This document shows, one piece after another, positions 1-7,344 of a stretch of 37,417 nt of DNA. Source of the DNA: Candidatus Sigynarchaeum calidifontis (GTDB taxonomy: Archaea; Asgardarchaeota; Lokiarchaeia; Sigyniarchaeales; Sigyniarchaeaceae); NCBI GenBank assembly GCA_030587475.2, contig JAUQYZ020000008.1:1-37417 (forward strand), given 5' to 3'. The position numbers were made by a program, and so were the translations under genes. Under the pieces are notes generated by a model. The model was not told where the DNA came from. It did not search any database and saw only the letters and a list, made by a program, of their open reading frames with translations. How positions within the stretch are numbered: position 1 is the stretch's first letter; each line of letters starts with the position of its first letter.

Positions 1-30
1 TCGTTGGTTCGAATCCAACCGGCCTCGCCA
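1..30 (+). tRNA. 3' fragment of a tRNA (isotype unknown; truncated by window edge)
   Basis: T-arm GTTGG-TTCGAAT-CCAAC, acceptor 3' strand CGGCCTC, discriminator G, encoded CCA at 28-30. Confidence 0.85.
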
Positions 31-45
31 ATCCTCGAAACCGCT

Positions 46-118
46 GGCGGTGTTGTCTAGCGGATGATGATGGATGGCCGCGAACCATCCGGCGGGAGTT
101 CAAGTCTCTCCACCGCCA
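46..118 (+). tRNA. tRNA-Arg(GCG), C33 variant
   Basis: Acceptor GGCGGTG/CACCGCC; anticodon arm GATGG-CCGCGAA-CCATC (GCG at 80-82); T-loop TTCAAGT; A after the D-loop GG (Arg A20). Confidence 0.85.
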
Positions 119-124
119 CTGCAT

Positions 125-196
125 GGCCCCGTCGTCCCGTGGGCAAGATACTGGGCTTCAAAGCTCGAGGCGGGCGTTGGACTCGCACTTAAGCCA
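125..196 (+). pseudogene. Decayed tRNA-like sequence; loop CTTCAAA could read as anticodon TCA
   Basis: tRNA-like 5' half GGCCCCG-TC-GTCC..GGGCAAGATA; T-arm remnant GCG-TTGGACT-CGC; acceptor and anticodon stems poorly paired. Confidence 0.5.
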
Positions 197-309
197 TTTT
201 ATCTGGTGAAAGTACAAGAAAAGGAAAGAGTTCCAGCAACCCCTTGTATCTACAATCCCGCACGTCGAATCCATCATCTTCTTGTGATCACCGGTATCCC
301 GTGAGTCGC

Positions 310-385
310 GGGCGTTTCATCTAATGGAAAGGATGCCAGACTTCGGATCTGGAACGTGGAGGTTCAAATCCTCCAGCGCCCTCCA
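310..385 (+). tRNA. tRNA-Arg(TCG)
   Basis: Acceptor GGGCGTT/AGCGCCC; CCAGA-CTTCGGA-TCTGG; GGAGG-TTCAAAT-CCTCC; encoded CCA; unusual U73. Confidence 0.9.
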
Positions 386-407
386 CAAGTACATGCAACA
401 CAACTTC

Positions 408-480
408 GGGCATTTCATCTAAGGGATAGGATACCAGGCCTCTAACCTGGCTAGTGGCGGTTCGAATCCGCTAATGCCCG
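408..480 (+). tRNA. tRNA-Arg(TCT), C33 variant
   Basis: Acceptor GGGCATT/AATGCCC; CCAGG-CCTCTAA-CCTGG; GGCGG-TTCGAAT-CCGCT. Confidence 0.9.
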
Positions 481-499
481 TTACCCCGCATGAAAAAGA

Positions 500-1000
500 G
501 TGGACATCATGAAACCCGGATTCACGTTTCGCAAGTATCCATTGCTCACCGATGGCGAGATCGACGTGGTCGTCGAACGGGAGGCTCGCGGCAATCGCCT
601 GCGAGGCTTGGTGCCCGCGTATCATTTCAAGATCATGCTGCACGGGAAACCCGAAAAAATCGGCCGTGTCGACCTGCGCATCGGTTACAGGGACCGACTC
701 GTGCTCTACGGCGGCCACGTCGGGTATGGCATCGACGAGACATTCCGCGGCCATGGCTACGCGGCCAAGGCGTGCAAGCTCATCGAGCAAGTCGCCATCG
801 ATCACCACATGGACGTGCTCTGGATCACTTGCAATCCCGAGAACGTCGCATCGCGCCGCACATGCGAGAAAATCGGCTGCGAGTTCTTGGAGATCATCGA
901 TTTGCCACGAGACAACGACATGTACAAGCGCGGCGACCGGCGCAAGTGCCGGTACCGTTGGATCGTGTTCGGGGGCGATCGGGGCAAGCACGTGACGTGA
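500..1000 (+). CDS. GNAT-family N-acetyltransferase (RimJ/RimL-related) embedded in the tRNA array
   Basis: GHVGYGIDETFRGHGYA acetyl-CoA-binding motif A; ITCNPENVASRRTCEKIG motif B; GTG start at 500 or ATG at 509. Confidence 0.9.
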   Translation: MDIMKPGFTFRKYPLLTDGEIDVVVEREARGNRLRGLVPAYHFKIMLHGKPEKIGRVDLRIGYRDRLVLYGGHVGYGIDETFRGHGYAAKACKLIEQVAIDHHMDVLWITCNPENVASRRTCEKIGCEFLEIIDLPRDNDMYKRGDRRKCRYRWIVFGGDRGKHVT

Positions 1001-1013
1001 TATCGCCTTCCAC

Positions 1014-1030
1014 TATTCTTTTTTTTTTCC
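1014..1030 (+). terminator. Archaeal-type oligo-T terminator after GNAT gene
   Basis: TATTCTTTTTTTTTTCC just after the stop codon. Confidence 0.55.
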
Positions 1031-1037
1031 AACACGT

Positions 1038-1113
1038 GGGCGCGTCGTCTAATGGATAGGATACAGGTCTCCTAAGCCTGTAGGTAGGAGTTCAATCCGA
1101 CTCGCGCCCGCCA
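1038..1113 (+). tRNA. tRNA-Arg(CCT), imperfect T-arm
   Basis: Acceptor GGGCGCG/CGCGCCC + G-CCA; CAGGT-CTCCTAA-GCCTG; T-arm irregular. Confidence 0.8.
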
Positions 1114-1120
1114 CTCTCGC

Positions 1121-1195
1121 AGCAGGATGGGAGAGCACTAGTCCGCCAGGCCCATAACCTGGAACACGACGGTGAGAGTCCGTCTCCTGCTACCA
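1121..1195 (+). tRNA. tRNA-Met(CAT), initiator-like (A1:U72), C33
   Basis: Acceptor AGCAGGA/TCCTGCT + A-CCA; CCAGG-CCCATAA-CCTGG; T-arm GACGG-TGAGAGT-CCGTC. Confidence 0.85.
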
Positions 1196-1228
1196 ATTTT
1201 TCCCCTCGATCGCCCACGCCGAACACGC

Positions 1229-1304
1229 ACCCGGCTGGCCCAGCCGCTACGGCACTGCCACGACAAGGCAGCACCCGATGGTTCAAATCCATCGCCGGGT
1301 ACCA
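1229..1304 (+). tRNA. tRNA-Val(GAC), A32/C33 variant
   Basis: Acceptor ACCCGGC/GCCGGGT + A-CCA; CTGCC-ACGACAA-GGCAG; GATGG-TTCAAAT-CCATC. Confidence 0.9.
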
Positions 1305-1309
1305 CCATT

Positions 1310-1383
1310 TCCCCGCTAGCCCAGCAGCGCACGGCGATCCCTCCACGCGGGATAGATCGGGGGTGCAAGTCCCTCGCGGGGAA
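1310..1383 (+). tRNA. tRNA-Val(CAC), C33 variant
   Basis: Acceptor TCCCCGC/GCGGGGA + A; ATCCC-TCCACGC-GGGAT; T-loop TGCAAGT. Confidence 0.85.
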
Positions 1384-1388
1384 TCCTT

Positions 1389-1460
1389 GCCCGGTTGGTC
1401 TAGTCGAAAGACGGTCGCTCTACGAGCGATAGATCCGGGGTTCAATTCCTCGACCGGGTA
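1389..1460 (+). tRNA. tRNA-Val(TAC), C33 variant
   Basis: Acceptor GCCCGGT/ACCGGGT + A; GTCGC-TCTACGA-GCGAT; CGGGG-TTCAATT-CCTCG. Confidence 0.85.
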
Positions 1461-1491
1461 TCCACGTTCTCACGATTCGTTGATCAACCAA

Positions 1492-1567
1492 CTTGGGGTG
1501 GCCGATCGGTTCAAGCGCATGGCCGTAGACCATGTCCAGGGCGGTTCGACCCCGCCCCCCAAGACCA
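1492..1567 (+). tRNA. tRNA-Tyr(GTA), archaeal type (C1:G72, short variable loop), C33
   Basis: Acceptor CTTGGGG/CCCCAAG + A-CCA; CATGG-CCGTAGA-CCATG; GGCGG-TTCGACC-CCGCC. Confidence 0.9.
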
Positions 1568-1630
1568 TATCAAAATCCAACCATCTAAATCCATCCATTC
1601 ATCGTTCTTTTTATCAATGTTCTTACGATC

Positions 1631-1703
1631 GGGTTCGTAGCTCTAACGGGAGAGCGTCGCTCTGGCAGAGCGAAGGCTTGGGGTTCAAATCCCCACGGAT
1701 CCA
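1631..1703 (+). tRNA. tRNA-Ala(GGC)
   Basis: Acceptor GGGTTCG/CGGATCC with G3:U70 Ala identity pair; TCGCT-CTGGCAG-AGCGA; TGGGG-TTCAAAT-CCCCA. Confidence 0.92.
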
Positions 1704-1727
1704 TCCAAAATGACACGATCCTCACGT

Positions 1728-1814
1728 GCTGGCGTGGCGGAGTGGCCCAACGCGCCAAATCCAAGCCTTGTGACCCGGAGCGGGTGATCGCTCGTTCGAA
1801 TCGAGCCGCCAGCA
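1728..1814 (+). tRNA. tRNA-Leu(CAA), class II, weak anticodon stem, C33
   Basis: Acceptor GCTGGCG/CGCCAGC + A73; variable arm ACCCG-GAG-CGGGT; GCTCG-TTCGAAT-CGAGC; loop TCCAAGC with two stem mismatches. Confidence 0.75.
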
Positions 1815-1916
1815 TCTCCAGTAGACCGCGCTTTTTCTTCCCCATCTGATCCTCGGATGGTCAATTGGAATCACCTGATTCGATCTATATTTACTTCCCG
1901 CGCACAAAGCGATAGC

Positions 1917-3335
1917 ATGGTTGACAAGATCCGGGATTTCACCCGCCGCAAGGTCGTCTTCGTGGATTGGACGAACGTCGACGCCGGGTACGGCATCAAG
2001 CCGGGAGCCCGGGGGATGCCGTACCCCCCGGCGGAGCTCGTGCCTAGGGGCATCGAGCTGGCCGCGTTTCCGGGGGCTCTCGATCCCGAACCGTGCTTCT
2101 CCGCGCAGGTCCCGTGGGAATCCTTCTACATCGCGGGCTATTCGACCGTGATCGCGGAGAATGCAAAGCTGCGGCTCTATTACGAGTGCTTCTTGCGGGA
2201 CAAACGATACCCCGGCGAGCCCCGCGTCTCGATGCTCTGCTACGCCGAGTCCTCCGACGCGGTCACGTGGTACCGCCCTGGACTGGGACTCGTGGAATTC
2301 AACGGCTCGAAGGATAACAACATCCTCATCGGCCCTTCCCAGACCAAGGACGGGCTGGGCATTCACGGCGCGCACGTGTTCGTGGATCCTCAAGCCCCGG
2401 CTGCCGAAAAATACAAACTCACGTACGATGGGCCGGGTAACAAGCCGTTCGGTGGATACTCGCCAGACGGTATCCACTGGACCATTCGCGAGCAGCCGAT
2501 CATCGATGCAGAGGCGGATTCGGAGAATGTCGTCGAGTGGGATCCCGTCCTCAAAAAATACGTTGGGTATTTCCGTGTCTGGCGGCAAGACCGTCGCGGC
2601 GTAGCCCGGGGCGAGAGCGATGACTTCTGGCACTGGCCCGACCCGGAGATCGTCTTGCACGCGGAGGCCACACTCGACGCGGATGAAGACTATTACACGA
2701 ACGCATACCACGCGTGGCCGGGAACCGAGGCACAGCACGACGCTTTCGTCATGCTCCCGGCCATGTATCACCGCACGTCTGACAAGCTGGATGCATGGTT
2801 GTACACGAGCAAGGACGGGAAGCACTGGTACCGCCCGGGAAGGCAGCCCTTCGCGGCGCGCGGCGACGCCCTCTACGTCGGCCGCGGCATCTGGCAGCTG
2901 CGCCCTGGCGAGTGGAATGTCCTCGCGGGCGTGTACCCGTTCACCCACAACGCATGGCACTTGCTCGGTGCATCGCAAAAAAATCGCGTCGGCGGGCTGT
3001 ACCGGATTCGATTTCGGGAGGATGGCTTCACGGGCATAACGGCAGCCGGCGAGGGCGAATTCTGGACGGCAACCTTCAACACCAGGTCGCCGGCCGTTGT
3101 TCTCAACGCGATCACGGGGCCACGGGGCTGGATACGGGTCGGGTTGTACGATGCCCGGTTCCGGCAGCCGATCGAGGGCTTAGAGGCGAAGGACTGCGAC
3201 CCGCTTCGGTGCGACCTTCTCTGGAATGGGGTCACTTGGCACGGCAGCGGGGACGTGAGCGAGTTCTCGGACGTCGACCTCAAGCTCCACGTCCAGATGT
3301 GCCAGGCAACGCTCCACGCCCTGCGGTTCCAGTGA
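1917..3335 (+). CDS. Glycoside hydrolase-like beta-propeller protein (GH32/43/130-like, Asp-box repeats)
   Basis: Repeated S-x-D-G-x-x-W motifs (ESSDAVTW, YSPDGIHW, ESDDFWHW, TSKDGKHW) and C-terminal R-x-DGF beta-sandwich; ATG 1917 chosen because TATA-like CTATATTTA lies ~25 bp upstream. Confidence 0.7.
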   Translation: MVDKIRDFTRRKVVFVDWTNVDAGYGIKPGARGMPYPPAELVPRGIELAAFPGALDPEPCFSAQVPWESFYIAGYSTVIAENAKLRLYYECFLRDKRYPGEPRVSMLCYAESSDAVTWYRPGLGLVEFNGSKDNNILIGPSQTKDGLGIHGAHVFVDPQAPAAEKYKLTYDGPGNKPFGGYSPDGIHWTIREQPIIDAEADSENVVEWDPVLKKYVGYFRVWRQDRRGVARGESDDFWHWPDPEIVLHAEATLDADEDYYTNAYHAWPGTEAQHDAFVMLPAMYHRTSDKLDAWLYTSKDGKHWYRPGRQPFAARGDALYVGRGIWQLRPGEWNVLAGVYPFTHNAWHLLGASQKNRVGGLYRIRFREDGFTGITAAGEGEFWTATFNTRSPAVVLNAITGPRGWIRVGLYDARFRQPIEGLEAKDCDPLRCDLLWNGVTWHGSGDVSEFSDVDLKLHVQMCQATLHALRFQ

Positions 3336-3348
3336 ACGCCATCTTGTT

Positions 3349-4665
3349 CTACCCGTTTTTCTTGAAGAAAAGATCCCGCGGGTTCTCGTAGAACAAGCGA
3401 TCGACGAGTAAAACGGAATCTTCGGGCCGAATTACCCCCTTGTCCACGCAGCGCGCCAGGGTTTCCTTCACGAGTTGCTTGAGTACCAGCAGCGCCCCCG
3501 TGGATCCCTCGATGCAAGCGCAGTCCCCGCCGAAGGCGATGACCTTGCGGTCGAGCCCTTCAGCGATGGCCCGGGCCAAGAACTTGGTCGCAGCCTCGCG
3601 CGACAGCATCTGGATCCAGGCCATTTCCGCATAGGCGTTAGCGTGGCGTTTGACGATATCGATCGTCTCGTCGACCCACGGGAACCCGCAATGTAGCAGC
3701 GTGAAGTCCAGCGCGGGATAGGAGCCGATCAAGGGCTCGACATGTTTCGGGTTCGAGCCCGGCATGATGGCCGTGCCCGTGTGGATTTGCAGCGGGATCC
3801 CCGTGCCCTCGATGCGCCCGAGCACGTGGTGCATCACGACGTCGCCGAATGCCAGGCGCTCTTGCTCCGTCGTCTCGCGGAACGGCTTCCCGAAGGCCTT
3901 TTTTGCCGAATCCCACTTCCTGGATCCTGGCGCGGCGTCCCTCGCCGTGCCGAAATCGATCGTCCTCTCGTACGCGCTCGCGCACTTGTACGACGCGACT
4001 CTCCCGCGAGACCAGTCGATGATCGCGTCGACGCCGTCGAGAAAGCTGTTAAAGGTTAACGGGAGCCCCGGTATCACATCCAGTTCGTCGGCTGCGATTT
4101 TCAAAAGGCACGTGCAAGGGCTCCAGGCACCGGGATCAAACCCGAAGAGCAAGGAATTGATGCGCATCGCGGGCTTGTACATGTCCGGGTCGAAACTCGA
4201 GGCCATGCTTTTACCAAGGCCCCCGGAGTGGTACGGGATGTCACAGATGACCCGTTCCACGTTGAAGCCTTTCAAGACACGGTCTCGGTAGGCCGGCTCC
4301 CCGTAGGCATTTCCCATGGAACGGTTGAGCGCCTCGAATGCTTCCTTGGTGAGTCGTTTAATGGAGCCACCGTGCAAATACCGGATTCCTGCGTCGAGCA
4401 CGTCGACGAACTCGTGCTCCCGGTAGCCGTCGACGAATTGCTTGAGCTTGGCATAATTCAAGTCCTGCAGTTCGGGATACCTGGTGAATTGGACAAGATC
4501 GGGTCGCAAACCTGGATAAAAATCGAAAAACCCCACATAACCTCGCGGTAATATGGCAAAAAGATTTGCCCCTTCCTCGATGATGTCCGCGGAATCAGAG
4601 AAATGTTCATGCGTGTCGATGATCTTGGTGTTCTCGACCGCTTCATCGATGGCCCGGTTGGGCAT
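3349..4665 (-). CDS. Amidohydrolase-family metallo-hydrolase (amidohydro_2 / uronate isomerase-like TIM barrel)
   Basis: IIDTHEH, LQIHTG, LLHCGFPW, AFGGD metal motifs. Confidence 0.85.
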   Translation of the reverse strand: MPNRAIDEAVENTKIIDTHEHFSDSADIIEEGANLFAILPRGYVGFFDFYPGLRPDLVQFTRYPELQDLNYAKLKQFVDGYREHEFVDVLDAGIRYLHGGSIKRLTKEAFEALNRSMGNAYGEPAYRDRVLKGFNVERVICDIPYHSGGLGKSMASSFDPDMYKPAMRINSLLFGFDPGAWSPCTCLLKIAADELDVIPGLPLTFNSFLDGVDAIIDWSRGRVASYKCASAYERTIDFGTARDAAPGSRKWDSAKKAFGKPFRETTEQERLAFGDVVMHHVLGRIEGTGIPLQIHTGTAIMPGSNPKHVEPLIGSYPALDFTLLHCGFPWVDETIDIVKRHANAYAEMAWIQMLSREAATKFLARAIAEGLDRKVIAFGGDCACIEGSTGALLVLKQLVKETLARCVDKGVIRPEDSVLLVDRLFYENPRDLFFKKNG

Positions 4666-4737
4666 AATGCACTTACCATCCGTGCGAGTTTTCCCGGTTT
4701 TAAGACGTTTGCGTTGCGTCCTCGATCAGCGTGATAT

Positions 4738-5970
4738 TTGAAACGCGGTTACTTTGATCATCCCAGATACGCCTTGATCGACGAGTTCGTGGACCTGTTC
4801 TGGAAGCACCGGGATCGCGCGGCGACGCGTCCCCTCGTTGCTGGTTACGGGCACCAGTTCTTTCCAGAGGAACTCGTTGCCGCGTGCGGCCTGGATGGTG
4901 TCAACTTGCTGGTCGGTGGCAGTGAAGCATGGCAGACTCGTGGCATCGACTATCTCACGCCGACGTCGTGCGTGTTCTCCCGCCAGATGATCGGGTTCCT
5001 CGAAGCGGCGCGGGAGGACAAGCCCGACTTGCCTCCCATCAAGGCATTGCTCCACACGAACTTCTGCAGCGGTGATTGGCACTCGATGGAGGCCGTCCGC
5101 AGGTATTTCGGGGTAGAGACGCTCCCGCTGGCGATCCCCTACAAGGCAACCCCGCGATCGCTCAAGTTGCTCGCGGGCACGTTGCGGGGCATCGCCGAGA
5201 GGCTCGCGGCCTTCGCCGGCGGCCAAGTGGACCCGGAACGGCTGTTCAAGGCCATCGAGCAAGCTCGCCAGATCCAGAACGCGATCGCCAAGTACGCGAA
5301 GCTTCCTATCACCGGCATCCAAAAATTGCAAGATTATTTCGAGATCGCCCTGGCGCCATGGGAGCAGCGGGTGGCGATCGCCAACAGCCTGGTCAAGAAG
5401 CGAGAGCAATCGATACCAAAAGGTAAGCCCTCATCGCTGAACATCGTGCTCACCGGGTCGCCGGTCCTGCTCGGTGACAAGTTTTCCTCGATGCTGGAGG
5501 CGCTCGACTTGCCCGTGCGCTTCTACGACTTCCACTTTGCAGATCAGCAAGGACTCAAGCGGATCCCGGCTGGCCCCGGGGATCTCGTCGCGTTTAAGAA
5601 GTGCGTGGACTTCTCGGACCCGTTCCAGGTCCTGGCGGCGCACTACCTCGAGATAGTCGCCCCCGAGCGGATGGTACAAGGCATCGTCGACCACCTCAAC
5701 GAGCGCATCCGCGCCATCGTCGACTACGCGCGGTTCTTGCCCGATGGGCAGTGCATCGACGGCGTGATCGGACACGTACTCAAGTTCTGCGACGTCTACG
5801 GCACGGACCGGGCATCATTCAAGTCCCGATTACAGGACATGCACGGCATCCCCGTGCTAGACATCGAGCGTGATTATTCCGCGTCATCGACAGGCCAGAT
5901 TTCGACGCGCATCGAGGCATTCAGGGAAATGCTCGTCTCGCAAAAAAAACACGGCGACAAGTCCGGGTGA
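4738..5970 (+). CDS. 2-hydroxyacyl-CoA dehydratase family subunit (HgdB/FldC-like)
   Basis: FPEELVAACG, CVFSR, IDGVIGHVLKFCD, IPVLDIERDY..GQISTRIEAFREM. Confidence 0.85.
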   Translation: MKRGYFDHPRYALIDEFVDLFWKHRDRAATRPLVAGYGHQFFPEELVAACGLDGVNLLVGGSEAWQTRGIDYLTPTSCVFSRQMIGFLEAAREDKPDLPPIKALLHTNFCSGDWHSMEAVRRYFGVETLPLAIPYKATPRSLKLLAGTLRGIAERLAAFAGGQVDPERLFKAIEQARQIQNAIAKYAKLPITGIQKLQDYFEIALAPWEQRVAIANSLVKKREQSIPKGKPSSLNIVLTGSPVLLGDKFSSMLEALDLPVRFYDFHFADQQGLKRIPAGPGDLVAFKKCVDFSDPFQVLAAHYLEIVAPERMVQGIVDHLNERIRAIVDYARFLPDGQCIDGVIGHVLKFCDVYGTDRASFKSRLQDMHGIPVLDIERDYSASSTGQISTRIEAFREMLVSQKKHGDKSG

Positions 5971-5977
5971 TCCACCC

Positions 5978-7336
5978 ATGCCAAAGAACATGGCCGCTGA
6001 CACGCTGGATTTTGCCAGCTACCTCCAGATGTCGATAGATTTCTTTTCCGCTCCCGCCATCGTGGAAGAGGCACGAAAGAACCGCAAGATCGGGGGGTTG
6101 ACCTTCCCGTTCGCAGAGCTGCTCATCGGCGGGGGCGTGGTTCCGGTGTTTCTCCCCCGGCTCAACAAGGGCAAGCGCTATGATGTCATCAACGCGGCCA
6201 TCGCGGCACGGAACGTGTTGGGCATCGGGAACATCGCCAGGGGACTCGATTTTCTCAAGTCCGTCGATGGCTCTGGAACGGTCATCAACGTCGGGGGAGG
6301 CATCATCAACGACATCATCTCCAGCCTCAACGACACCTACGAGTCGGCGGCGAAGGATGCCATCAACACGGGGTTGCCGATGGACCATTGCTACGGGGCG
6401 AGGGCGTTGTTCGGGCTCTACAAGAAACTCGGCCATTTGCTCGACCTGAACATGGGCATCGACGTGCGCTGCTCGGTCTTTTTCAATTACCACGAAAGTC
6501 TCGAAATCAACAAATTTATTAGAAACAATTACATTTTCGATATGCCATACGAGGACACGGTAGAAAGTTTAGAGTTCTACGAGCAAGAGGTATGGGACTT
6601 CTTGCATTTCCAGGAAAAGGTAACGGGAAAGAAATTCGACGAGGGCAAGTTCCGGAACGTGCTCGAGGATGCCAACACGGCAAAGCGGCTCATCAAGGAG
6701 GTCTATCTCGATATTGCTCCCGGCGACATCTTGCCATGCTCGCCTGCCACGTTCAGCGTGCTTAATAGCCTGCTCGTCTACTCGCAAATAGACTTCAACT
6801 GCCGTCTCCAGCGGTACGTCGAGGGGTTGAAGGCGCTCGTGCAAGAGATGCACGACCGCATCGACCAGCCCGCCAAGCGGTTCGACGCGACGGGGCGGCC
6901 CAAGCTCGTGTACACGCCCATGTTCGGCGGCTTCGAGCCCGAGATCGCCCAGTATGCGGACGAGATAGGCGCTTGCGTGTATTATCCCGACTGGATCATC
7001 TACGGGGCCTGCGAGCCCGTGAAAACCACGGGTAACCTCGTGCGCAATTATGCCGAAAACTTAATGCGCTTCCAGCATGGCTTCGGTTTCGATAACGAGG
7101 AAATGGCCAACAACATCATCCAGATCGCCCAGAAGATGCAGATCGATGGCATCATCTTCAACGAGGTCTTCGGGTGCCGGTCAATGTGCACGGGCCACCG
7201 CATCCTCAAGGATGTCATCCGGCAGAAGGGGTTGGAGCTCCCCGTGAACGTGATCACGTTCAACAACATCGGCGACTCGATTGGTCAAGTCAAGACACGA
7301 GTTTCCGCGATGGTCGAGATGCTCAAGGGAAAATAA
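5978..7336 (+). CDS. 2-hydroxyacyl-CoA dehydratase family subunit (HgdA/FldB-like)
   Basis: EKVTGKKFDEGKF, IDGIIFNEVFGCRS, GQVKTRVSAMVEML; ATG 5978 follows the partner's stop. Confidence 0.85.
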   Translation: MPKNMAADTLDFASYLQMSIDFFSAPAIVEEARKNRKIGGLTFPFAELLIGGGVVPVFLPRLNKGKRYDVINAAIAARNVLGIGNIARGLDFLKSVDGSGTVINVGGGIINDIISSLNDTYESAAKDAINTGLPMDHCYGARALFGLYKKLGHLLDLNMGIDVRCSVFFNYHESLEINKFIRNNYIFDMPYEDTVESLEFYEQEVWDFLHFQEKVTGKKFDEGKFRNVLEDANTAKRLIKEVYLDIAPGDILPCSPATFSVLNSLLVYSQIDFNCRLQRYVEGLKALVQEMHDRIDQPAKRFDATGRPKLVYTPMFGGFEPEIAQYADEIGACVYYPDWIIYGACEPVKTTGNLVRNYAENLMRFQHGFGFDNEEMANNIIQIAQKMQIDGIIFNEVFGCRSMCTGHRILKDVIRQKGLELPVNVITFNNIGDSIGQVKTRVSAMVEMLKGK

Positions 7337-7344
7337 GCACCTTT

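Noticed and set aside
125-196. tRNA-Sec call for the TCA-loop element
   Set aside because: No extended D-stem, long variable arm or 9/4 acceptor-T structure; stems are broken.
500-1000. Classical GNAT-RHH toxin-antitoxin module
   Set aside because: No antitoxin ORF adjacent, and the motifs look RimJ/L-like rather than TacT/AtaT-like.
74-1845. Short ORFs overlapping the tRNA array (74-304, 1092-1445, 1172-1432, 1363-1713, 1585-1845)
   Set aside because: They overlap well-formed tRNA cloverleaves and have no protein motifs.
1722-2978. Long antisense ORFs (also 29348-30826, 33168-34775, 18783-19832, 26617-27657)
   Set aside because: Antisense shadows of motif-supported genes in GC-rich DNA.
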